The notes under the pieces were generated by a model. It did no database searches. It was not told where the DNA came from and saw only the letters and a program-made list of their open reading frames with translations. A stretch of DNA of 64,000 nucleotides from Acidimicrobiia bacterium. Lineage in GTDB: Bacteria > Actinomycetota > Acidimicrobiia > Spongiisociales > UBA5794. Within the stretch, counting starts at the first letter, position 1. The number at the start of each line of letters is the position of its first letter. Below, piece by piece: positions 51,607 to 60,500 of the stretch. The translations under genes and the position numbers were made by a program. The stretch lies in assembly GCA_024762335.1 (NCBI GenBank), contig JANTHO010000002.1:5766-69765 (forward strand). The letters run 5' to 3'.

Positions 51607-52446
51607 GTGGCGGTCGATCTCCATCTCCACTCAAACGCGTCGGATGGGACCGATCCTCCGGAGTTGGTCGTCGAGAAGGCCGCAGCGATCGGACTGAGCG
51701 CGATCGCCCTCACCGATCACGACACGCTCTCCGGCATCCACGACGCGCGCGAGGCGGCCCACACCTTCGGTATCGAATTGATTCCGGGCGTGGAACTGTC
51801 CGTCGACCACAACGGCATCAAGATCCACATGCTCGCCTACTTCATCGAGCCGGTCCCGGGACCGCTCCAGGATCGTCTCGAGGAGTTGAGAGCCGGACGC
51901 TCCGTCCGTAACGATCTGATCATCGAACGCCTCAACGATCTCGGCTATCGGATCACGATGGACGATGTGCTGCGGCAGTCCTCGGGAGATGCCGTCGGCC
52001 GTCCCCACATCGCCGATGCCCTCGTCGCCGCAGGCTTGATGGCGAATCGCGCGCAGGCATTCCACGAACTCCTCCGCGACGGCGGACCGGCCTACTTCGA
52101 ACGTGACCGCCTCACCGCCACCAACGCGATTGAACTCGCTGCGGCCTCGAACGGGGTGACGTCGATCGCACATCCGCTGACGATCGACCCGGGCGACGCC
52201 ACCCTTCTCGACGTGTTCCGGGAGTTGAAAGCGGCCGGCCTTGCCGGCATCGAGGCGTACTACTCGGAGTACGCACCGCACATCCGCTCCCAGCTCGCCG
52301 AGACGGCAGCCGAACTCGGCCTCGTCGCGACCGGCGGCTCCGACTACCACGGAGCCGGCAAGCCCCACCTGTCCATCGGAACCGGACGCGGCGATCTCGT
52401 GGTCCCCGATTCCGTCCTCGAAGAACTGCGCGCCCGTAGGGGATAA
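51607..52446 (+). CDS. PHP domain phosphoesterase (TrpH/YciV-like)
   Basis: N-terminal DLHLHSNASDG…ALTDHDT, the PHP metal-binding signature. GTG start. Confidence 0.8.
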   Translation: MAVDLHLHSNASDGTDPPELVVEKAAAIGLSAIALTDHDTLSGIHDAREAAHTFGIELIPGVELSVDHNGIKIHMLAYFIEPVPGPLQDRLEELRAGRSVRNDLIIERLNDLGYRITMDDVLRQSSGDAVGRPHIADALVAAGLMANRAQAFHELLRDGGPAYFERDRLTATNAIELAAASNGVTSIAHPLTIDPGDATLLDVFRELKAAGLAGIEAYYSEYAPHIRSQLAETAAELGLVATGGSDYHGAGKPHLSIGTGRGDLVVPDSVLEELRARRG

Positions 52447-52474
52447 CAGGTCAACCGCGGGGCTTCGGACGCCG

Positions 52475-53785
52475 ATGCATCCATCAGAGCACGAAAGGGT
52501 TCTGGTGATTCCACACCTCTCGGCGGGCCGTTCGCCGATCGAATACGGAGCAATTCGACGCTCCGCGAATCAGGTACGCGCGGCCACGGCCGCTCTCATC
52601 GCCCTGGTTTCCACCGGTTTCGCTGTGTTCGGATCGGCCCCATACGCCATCCCGTACGCCATTGGCGCAACGATCGTCACGATCGACGCTCTATACCGGC
52701 AGAACCACGGCGACTCCGCGACCGCACCGCTGCTCATCGACATCACCGTCATCGGCGCCACCATGGTCGTCGGGGGAGCGTCCCCCTCCGTGCAGGTCGC
52801 CGCCCTGGCGTACGCGATCGTGGCAATCTCCGTGTTGCTCCCTCCCCGTCAGACGGGTGTCCTCATGCTCTACACGCTTGTCTGGGCGTCGACGGTGATG
52901 GCCATGGGCGGTTCGGGGCTGCACACTTTTGCAGATCGGGGTGCCTTCGATGGCTTCCTTACGATCGTTATGCTCGCCGACGTCGCCGCCCTCATGGCCG
53001 GTGCCACGAGAAACCTGCTGGCCGTCCAGGACCGCCAGCAGGAACTTCTCGAACAGGAGCGGAGAACGGTCGAGGTGAAGAACGAGTTCGTGTCGATGGT
53101 GTCGCACGAACTGCGGACACCGATCACGGGCATCTCCGGCTTCGCGGAGACCCTGCTCGAGCACTGGCGCGACCTCCCGCCGTCTGAGATCGATGAGTTC
53201 CTCGCGATTCTGCGCGGCGAGGCCGACCATCTGGGGAACCTGGTCGAGGACATTCTCGTGATTCCCCGCCTCGAGGCCGGCCAACTTCGATTCCACCTGG
53301 AGCAGGTGACCGTTGCCGACGTCGCCGCGACCGTCGCCGAAATGGTCCTCGACAGCTCGACGACGGTCGAAATCGATCTCCCCGTGTATGTCACGGTGTG
53401 GTCGGACCCGGCCCGGCTCCGCCAAATCCTCCGCAATCTGATGGAGAACGCTCGCAAGTACGGTGGAAACGAGGTCTTCGTGTCGGGCGAGGAGCGCCGC
53501 GAGGGTACGTACACCGTGATCGTGGCCGACGACGGCCCCGGGATCGCCGAGGCAGACCGGGAGCGGATCTTCGAGCACTTCGAACAGCTCTCGAAGGGCG
53601 ACGCCCGTCTCGAACAGGGCGTGGGCCTCGGTCTCCCGATCGCACGGAAACTGGCTCGGGCCATGGGCGGGGATCTCTGGTACGAGGACCGGTTCCCTGT
53701 GGGAGCGGCATTCTGCTTCACGCTCGACCTGGTGAAGGAGACCGAACGGGTCCCGTCGCCGATGGATGCCGCCACCGGGATGTAG
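52475..53785 (+). CDS. membrane-associated sensor histidine kinase
   Basis: N-terminal hydrophobic region. H-box NEFVSMVSHELRTP. HATPase region (…LRNLMENARKYGG…DDGPGI…GLGLPIARKLA). Start at the ATG at 52475. Confidence 0.8.
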   Translation: MHPSEHERVLVIPHLSAGRSPIEYGAIRRSANQVRAATAALIALVSTGFAVFGSAPYAIPYAIGATIVTIDALYRQNHGDSATAPLLIDITVIGATMVVGGASPSVQVAALAYAIVAISVLLPPRQTGVLMLYTLVWASTVMAMGGSGLHTFADRGAFDGFLTIVMLADVAALMAGATRNLLAVQDRQQELLEQERRTVEVKNEFVSMVSHELRTPITGISGFAETLLEHWRDLPPSEIDEFLAILRGEADHLGNLVEDILVIPRLEAGQLRFHLEQVTVADVAATVAEMVLDSSTTVEIDLPVYVTVWSDPARLRQILRNLMENARKYGGNEVFVSGEERREGTYTVIVADDGPGIAEADRERIFEHFEQLSKGDARLEQGVGLGLPIARKLARAMGGDLWYEDRFPVGAAFCFTLDLVKETERVPSPMDAATGM

Positions 53786-53794
53786 TCTGCCGGG

Positions 53795-54211
53795 ATGCTT
53801 CCCTACAACATCGACCACGTCGCCATCGCAGTTCGCGACCTCGACGCGGCCCTGGCTGATCTGAAGGAGCAGTACGGCACCGAACCCCTGTCCCGCGAGG
53901 TCATCGAGAGTCAGGGTGTCGAGGAAGCGATGGTTCCCGTCGGAGCCTCGTACATCCAGGTCCTCCAACCGCTCGGTCCCGAAACACCCGTCGGTCGCTT
54001 CGTCGAAAAGCGCGGCGAAGGCCTCCACCACATCGCCTTCTCGGTACCCGACATCGAAGCCGCCATCGAGCATCTCGAGTCGACCGGCGTTCGCCTCATC
54101 GACCACGAACCGCGGGTGGGTGGCGGCGGCAACCGGATCGCATTCGTTCACCCGAGCGCATTCGCCGGTACCCTTGTCGAACTCGTGGAACTCGTCGAGG
54201 AACCAACGTGA
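53795..54211 (+). CDS. mce: methylmalonyl-CoA epimerase (VOC/glyoxalase family)
   Basis: 138 aa: NIDHVAIAVRDLD…GEGLHHIAF…, typical Mce. Confidence 0.75.
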   Translation: MLPYNIDHVAIAVRDLDAALADLKEQYGTEPLSREVIESQGVEEAMVPVGASYIQVLQPLGPETPVGRFVEKRGEGLHHIAFSVPDIEAAIEHLESTGVRLIDHEPRVGGGGNRIAFVHPSAFAGTLVELVELVEEPT

Positions 54212-54441
54212 ACCGGATCATCACCATCAAAGGCGGCGCAGACGCCTGCATGGCCGCGGCCATCGCCGCCACGATCGCCCACCTCGAAGACGCCGACGCC
54301 GAGACGAGATCGACCAGGCCTCCGGTTCCGCGACCCAGCCACTGGGTCCAGTCGACCCGGCCTCGTGAGATCCCAACACCGCTGCCTTCGCACCTCTACG
54401 ACGCCGCACCCTGGACCGATCTCGGAGAAGTCGAGGACTGA
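54208..54441 (+). CDS. small Ala-rich protein, possibly acyl-CoA carboxylase epsilon-subunit-like
   Basis: 77 aa. The GTG start overlaps the mce stop. IKGG…AAAIAATIAHLEDADAE…PSHWVQSTRPRE resembles ACC_epsilon proteins. Assignment is tentative. Confidence 0.4.
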   Translation: MNRIITIKGGADACMAAAIAATIAHLEDADAETRSTRPPVPRPSHWVQSTRPREIPTPLPSHLYDAAPWTDLGEVED

Positions 54442-54504
54442 GACCCCGGCGACGGCGTCGGCGACGAGGGGTACCATCGTGGTGAACGCCACGAAAGGGT
54501 TGCG

Positions 54505-55689
54505 ATGGCCACCGTAATCACGTCAATCGCCCGAACACCGATCGGCAAGTTCCGGGGTGGATTCACTCCACTGACCGCGATGGATCTCGGCGGTGTCGCG
54601 ATCGCAGGTGCCCTCGAACGAGCGGGCATCACCGGAGATCAGGTCGACGAGGTGCTCTTCGGGCACGTGATACAGACGGGTCAGGGACAGATCACTTCAA
54701 GGCAGGCAGCGCTCAAGGGCGGGATACCCATGACCGTGCCGTCGACCACGATCAACAAGGTCTGCCTCTCCGGCATGGCTGCCATCGCCGATGCGGATCT
54801 CAGGATCCGAGCCGGGGAGTCCCGTATCGTCATGACCGGCGGCATGGAGTCGATGACGAACGCTCCGCACGTCCTCCCGGGGGCTCGACAGGGCTTCGGA
54901 TACGGTGGAGCAACACTGATCGACTCTCTCAATCAGGACGGGCTCATGTGCGCGTTCGATCATGTACTCATGGGTGAGTCGAGCGACGGCCGGAATGCCG
55001 AACTCGGTATCGGTCGTGAGGAACAGGACATCTGGTCGGCGGCGAGCCACGATCGCGCGATCGCCGCGACAGAGTCCGGAGCCTTCACCGACGAGATCGT
55101 TCCCGTCACAGTCCCACAGCGACGGAAGGACCCGGTCGTCATCGCGAACGACGAGGGAATGCGCCCGGGCACGACCGTCGAATCCCTCGCGAGGCTGCGA
55201 CCCGCTTTCATCGAGGGGGGAACGATTACCGCAGGCAACGCGTCGCAGATCTCCGATGGCGCGGCTGCGCTCGTCGTCGCGGATCGTGACGCCGCCGACG
55301 AACTCGGGATGCCGATCGTGGCCGAGATACTCGCCTACGGACAGGTCGCCGGCCCCGGAACCAGCCTGCAGGAACAGCCGGCGAACGCCATGAACGTCGC
55401 CCTCGGACGGGCGGGTCTGGATGCCTCCGATCTGGATCTCGTTGAGATCAACGAGGCGTTCGCCTCCGTGGCGATGTACTCGTCGCGGATGCTAGGTATT
55501 GCTCACGACCGTGTGAACGTGAACGGCGGCGCCGTCGCATTGGGACACCCGCTCGGCGCAACCGGCGCACGGATCGTCGTCACCTTGATCAACGCCCTGC
55601 GACGTAGGGGCGGCGGCACCGGAGGAGCGGCTCTCTGCGGCGGCGGCGGTCAGGGGGACGCGCTGATCGTACGGGTGCCGTCATCATGA
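54505..55689 (+). CDS. acetyl-CoA C-acetyltransferase (thiolase II)
   Basis: Thiolase motifs …NKVCLSGMAAI…, NVNGGAVALGHPLGATGAR and ALCGGGGQGDA. RBS GAAAGGG. Confidence 0.9.
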   Translation: MATVITSIARTPIGKFRGGFTPLTAMDLGGVAIAGALERAGITGDQVDEVLFGHVIQTGQGQITSRQAALKGGIPMTVPSTTINKVCLSGMAAIADADLRIRAGESRIVMTGGMESMTNAPHVLPGARQGFGYGGATLIDSLNQDGLMCAFDHVLMGESSDGRNAELGIGREEQDIWSAASHDRAIAATESGAFTDEIVPVTVPQRRKDPVVIANDEGMRPGTTVESLARLRPAFIEGGTITAGNASQISDGAAALVVADRDAADELGMPIVAEILAYGQVAGPGTSLQEQPANAMNVALGRAGLDASDLDLVEINEAFASVAMYSSRMLGIAHDRVNVNGGAVALGHPLGATGARIVVTLINALRRRGGGTGGAALCGGGGQGDALIVRVPSS

Positions 55690-56672
55690 CGCAGGCTCAA
55701 CCGGCAGACCGGAATCTTGCTCTCGAACTCGTCAGGGTTACCGAAGCGGCAGCGATCGAATCGGCGAAGTGGCAGGGTCGCGGAGACAAGAACGCCGTCG
55801 ACCAGGCGGCCGTCGACGCCATGCGCGCCATGCTCTCGACCGTCGACGTCGACGGTCTCGTCGTGATCGGCGAGGGGGAGAAGGACGAGGCGCCGATGCT
55901 CTTCAACGGCGAGATCGTGGGGAACGGTCGGGATCCCAAGATGGACATCGCCGTCGATCCGGTGGACGGGACACGCCTGACCGCAGGAGGCATGCCCGGC
56001 GCGCTCGCCGTCATCGCCATGGCCGATCGAGGTTCGATGTATGCGCCGGGGTCGCTCGTCTACATGGACAAGATCGCCGTCGGAGAGGAAGCCGCCGGAT
56101 CGATCGACATCAACGCACCGGTCGCCCACAATCTCCGTCAGGTGGCGAAAGCGAAGGGCAAAGATGTCGACGAGGTGACCGTCGTGCTCCTCGATCGTCC
56201 GAGGAACGACGAGTACATCCGCCAGATCCGCGAGGTCGGCGCCCGTATCTCCCTGATCGGAGACGGCGACATCTCGGGGTCGATCGCGACGGCGAAGGCC
56301 GACAGCGGTATCGACGTCCTCATGGGGATCGGCGGCTCGCCCGAAGCCGTCACCTCGGCCTGTGCCCTTGCGGCGCTCCACGGTGAGATCCAGTGCAAGC
56401 TGTGGCCTCGCGACGAGTCGGAACGGGAGTACGCCATCGAACACGGCCTCGACCTCAACCAGGTGCTAACGACCCGGGACCTCGTGGACTCGGACAACAC
56501 GTTCTTCGCCGCCACCGGCGTGAGTTCGGGTTCGCTGTTGAGGGGTGTCCGGTTCTACGGCAAGAGCGTCGAGACCCATTCGGTCGTGATGCGCTCGCGC
56601 TCTGGCACGATCCGCTTCGTCGAAAGCACACACCGGCTCGACTGGCTCGACGAGATCAACGCCATCGACTGA
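55686..56672 (+). CDS. glpX: fructose-1,6-bisphosphatase class II
   Basis: GlpX-family sequence (…DGLVVIGEGEKDEAPMLF…DPVDGT…). Start overlaps the thiolase stop (ATGA). Confidence 0.85.
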   Translation: MTQAQPADRNLALELVRVTEAAAIESAKWQGRGDKNAVDQAAVDAMRAMLSTVDVDGLVVIGEGEKDEAPMLFNGEIVGNGRDPKMDIAVDPVDGTRLTAGGMPGALAVIAMADRGSMYAPGSLVYMDKIAVGEEAAGSIDINAPVAHNLRQVAKAKGKDVDEVTVVLLDRPRNDEYIRQIREVGARISLIGDGDISGSIATAKADSGIDVLMGIGGSPEAVTSACALAALHGEIQCKLWPRDESEREYAIEHGLDLNQVLTTRDLVDSDNTFFAATGVSSGSLLRGVRFYGKSVETHSVVMRSRSGTIRFVESTHRLDWLDEINAID

Positions 56673-56676
56673 CCGA

Positions 56677-57366
56677 TCACCGGCAACTCTCCTCAACGCC
56701 CGTCGCCGGCATCATTCCGGTGAGGAGTCGGTAGCCCGCGGTCATTGCCGGACACGTCGCGTTCGGGAGCTTCCACAGGTGGATCTGCTGGTCGATGATG
56801 CCCCAGGAGATGATCTCTGCGGCATGCTCGGTTCCCCTGCGACCCCACTCAACCGACGGATCGTTCCATGCGGCGAGGCCGCGCAGCGCCAGGAAGTGCT
56901 GTCGGTCGGTCTCGTCGAGCGTGGATCCGGCCCATGCGTGGGCGAGTTCGTGAACGAGGGTGCGGCGCTGCCACTCGTCCTCCACCGCTGGTTTGTCGTG
57001 GGTGATGCAGACCATGATTCGATCAGCCTCGGCATCGCGGTGTTCCCAACGGCCGTCCGTGCCGTGACATCCCGCCCCGTCGGCAGGGAACGTTACGTCC
57101 ACCGGCGGCAGGTCGAGTCCCGCTGCTTCGAAGCGCCCACGGGCCCACGCCACCATCGACCGTTGCCGGTCGGTGAGTGAGGTTCCCGGGACACGGTGGC
57201 GCCGCGCGGTTGGTGCTGCGGCCCGATGGACCCTGCGGACCACCGTGGCGGTGTTCTCGGAAACCGTCGCGTCGGCCGCCTCGACGGACGAACCGGTTGC
57301 CAGACAGAGGGCCGCGGCCAGTGCAGCGGCGACGATGCGGCTGAGGGGGATCTTGTTGGTTGCCAT
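56677..57366 (-). CDS. secreted protein with HEXXH motif (putative zinc metallopeptidase)
   Basis: Signal peptide MATNKIPLSRIVAAALAAALCLATGSSVEA. LVHELAHAW zinc-binding-like motif. Confidence 0.55.
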   Translation of the reverse strand: MATNKIPLSRIVAAALAAALCLATGSSVEAADATVSENTATVVRRVHRAAAPTARRHRVPGTSLTDRQRSMVAWARGRFEAAGLDLPPVDVTFPADGAGCHGTDGRWEHRDAEADRIMVCITHDKPAVEDEWQRRTLVHELAHAWAGSTLDETDRQHFLALRGLAAWNDPSVEWGRRGTEHAAEIISWGIIDQQIHLWKLPNATCPAMTAGYRLLTGMMPATGVEESCR

Positions 57367-57409
57367 GCCACCAACCTCTGCGCGCGGCCTTCCCGGCGCG
57401 TAGGCTTGG

Positions 57410-57453
57410 CTTCAGATCGCCTTCGCCGGGGCTTAAGCCGCCCTTAAGCCGGA
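57410..57453 (+). promoter_or_regulatory. four tandem 11-bp-periodic direct repeats (CTTcagatcgc / CTTcgccgggg / CTTAAGCCgcc / CTTAAGCCgga), SARP/OmpR-box-like
   Basis: Read directly. The two distal units share the 8-mer CTTAAGCC exactly, at 57432 and 57443. The last unit ends about 60 bp upstream of the GTG start of the downstream SARP-domain gene. Confidence 0.4.
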
Positions 57454-57512
57454 CGGCGTCCCATGTCGGGGTGAACAGAAAGGGAGCGACCAGAACCGAG
57501 GGAGCACGGATC

Positions 57513-60500
57513 GTGCGATTCGGGATCCTCGGCCGACTCGAGGCCGAACGCGACGGGACAGCAATTTCGCTCGGCTCGTTCAAGGAACGGTCGCTGCTCA
57601 CATTGCTCCTCATCCACCGTGACGAGGTCGTCTCCACCGACCGCATCATCGACGAACTCTGGGGTGAAGACGCCGTCGGTCGCCAGAATGCCCTCTGGGT
57701 GCACATCTCCAACCTCCGAAGCGCCCTCGAACCCGATCGAGAGAAAGGGTCGGAGGGGACCGTGATCCTCACCCGCTCCCCCGGTTACCTCATCCCTGCA
57801 GTTACATGCGATCTCGACGCTCCGCGATTCGAGCACCTCGCAGCAGAGGGCCGTGCGTTGATCCCCACCGATCCGGCTGCGGCGGCACTCGTCCTCGGCG
57901 AGGCGCTCGCCCTTTGGAGGGGGCACGCTCTCGAGGACTTCACCTACGAGAACTTCGCACAAGCAGAGATCGCGCGACTCGAGGAGGCCAGGCTCGGCAC
58001 GGTCGAAGCGAAGATCGACGCCGAACTCGCGGCCGGACGTTCCCGTGAACTCGTCGGCGAACTCGAAGGCCTCGTCCGCCAGCATCCGACTCGCGAGCGC
58101 TTCACAGCCCAACTGATGCTCGCGCTCTACCGCTCCGGGCGCCAGACCGAAGCGCTTCGTGCCTACCACCTCGTGGCCTCGCGGCTGGGACAAGAACTCG
58201 GGCTCGAGCCGTCGGCCGATCTCCGGCATCTCGAAGGGCAGATCGTCTCAGGCGATCCGGCCCTCGACGCGACTGCAACGACCCGGCTCCCTGGCGATGC
58301 CGGCCCGTCGGGGCTGTCGATCCGCGGCTATGAAATGCGGGAGCGCCTCCGCGAAGACCCGCTCGGCATCACCTACCGTGCGTTCCAGCCTTCGGTCGGC
58401 CGCGAGGTCGCCGTCAAGGTGATCCGACCCGGAGTTGCCGACCGTCCGGAGTTCATTCGCTCGTTCGAGGATTCCGCCCGGCTCGCCGCCCGCCTCGAAC
58501 AGCCGCACATCGTGCCGATCTACGACTACTGGCGCGAGCCGGGCAACGCGTTCCTTGTGATGCGGCTGATGATGGAACGGAGCCTCGCCGATCGTCTCGC
58601 CGGCGGGCCGCTCGACCACACCGCCACCGCAACCATGGTGGACCATATCGGCTCGGCGCTCGATCACGCACACCGCAACGGCATCGTGCACGGCGACGTC
58701 AACGCCGGCAACGTTCTCATCGACGACGCGGGCAACGCCACACTCGCCGACTTCGGCATCGCAGCCGCAGCCGAAGTCGTCGCCGCCGGATCAGCGAGAA
58801 CGCTGTTGACGCCTGAGACCGCGCCCACGGTCGCGACCGACATCGCCGGTCTGGCTTGCGTGACAGCAAGTGCATTGACGGGACGAACGGGAACCATCGA
58901 CGAACTCCGCGTTGGCCTCGATCCGGACCTGGCACAGATCCTCGGCGATGCAGCTGATCCGAACGGGCCCTTTGCCGACATCACATCGTTCACAACAGCG
59001 CTTATCTCGTCTCTCACTGCTGCACCGGCGCCACGTGCGGCCGGTATGATCGCCAACCCATACAAGGGGCTTCGCCCGTTCGAACAGCCCGACGTTGCAG
59101 ACTTCTTCGGACGGACGCGGCTCGTCGATCGCCTCGTTGCCCGCCTCGGCCGCCCCGGACGAACGGGGCGGTTCGTCGCCGTCGTCGGACCGAGTGGATG
59201 CGGCAAATCGAGCCTGGTGAAGGCCGGTGTGCTCCCGGCCCTGAAAGGAAATGCTGCGCCGTCATCCGGCGGATGGTTCCAGGTGGAGGTCGTGCCCGGT
59301 AGGCACCCCTTCGAAGAGCTCGAAACGGCGCTGCTAAGGGTCACCGTCGATCCCCCCGGCTCCCTCCTGCGCGACCTCACCGCCGAAGGGGGGCTGCGCC
59401 GTGTCGTGGAGCGGGTCCTTCCCGACGACCACGGGCAGCTACTGATCGTCGTCGACCAACTCGAAGAGCTGTTCACGATGACGGCTCCCGACACGGCCAA
59501 CCGGTTCCTCGACGCTCTCGCCGATGCGGCGACGACCGAGCCCAGCCGGGTTCGGATCGTCGCCACACTCCGAGCCGACTTCTACGACCGTCCGTTGAGC
59601 CACCGAGCCTTCGGCGAATTGCTGCGCGAAGGAACGGAGGTCGTCACGCCCATGTCGCCCGCCGAACTGGAGCAGGCAATCACCCGACCGGCCGGTCGCC
59701 TGGGAATCGAGTTCGAGCCCGCCCTCGTCGCCGAAATGGTGGCCGAAGCGGCCGAACATCCTGCGGCGCTGCCGCTGTTGCAGTATGCGTTGACGGAAGT
59801 GTTCGAGCGGCGCAGAGGAAGGATCATCGGCCTCGACGCCTATCACGAGATCGGTGGCGTCTCCGGAGCGCTCGCCGATCGGGCCGAGGGTCTGTACCAC
59901 GCACTCGACGAGCAGGGCCGTCGGGCGGTACGCCAGGTCTTCCTGCGGCTCGTCACGATCGGCGAATCCACAGATGACACCCGACGCCGGGTCCTATTGA
60001 GCGAATTGCGGGGACTCACCGACTGCGGCGAAGCCGTACCGACCGTCGTCGAGAGCTACGGACGGCACCGGCTCCTCAGCTTCGATCGGGATCCGATCAC
60101 TCGCACGCCAACCGTCGAGATCTCCCATGAAGCAATCATCCACGGGTGGGAACGCCTCGATGGCTGGATCGAAGACGCCCGATCGGAGTTGCGCGATCAG
60201 CGGAAGATCTCCGAAGCCGCGGCCGAATGGGTTCGAGCCTCGTGTGCCAACGACTACTTGTTGCGGGGGCCCCAACTCGACCGCCTCGCCGCTTCGGTAG
60301 CCGCAGCATCACTGTCGCTCAGCCCCGACGAACGGGAGTTCATGTCGGCATCGCTCGCCGAGCGGGATCGGTCGCGTCGCGAGGACGACGAACGAGAGCG
60401 CCGCCGGGAGGAGGCCGAGCAGCGATCGCGCCGGAGAACGAGATTGCTCGGTGCGGCCGTCGTCGTCGCCGTGCTGATCGCGTTCCTCGGCGTCTTCGCT

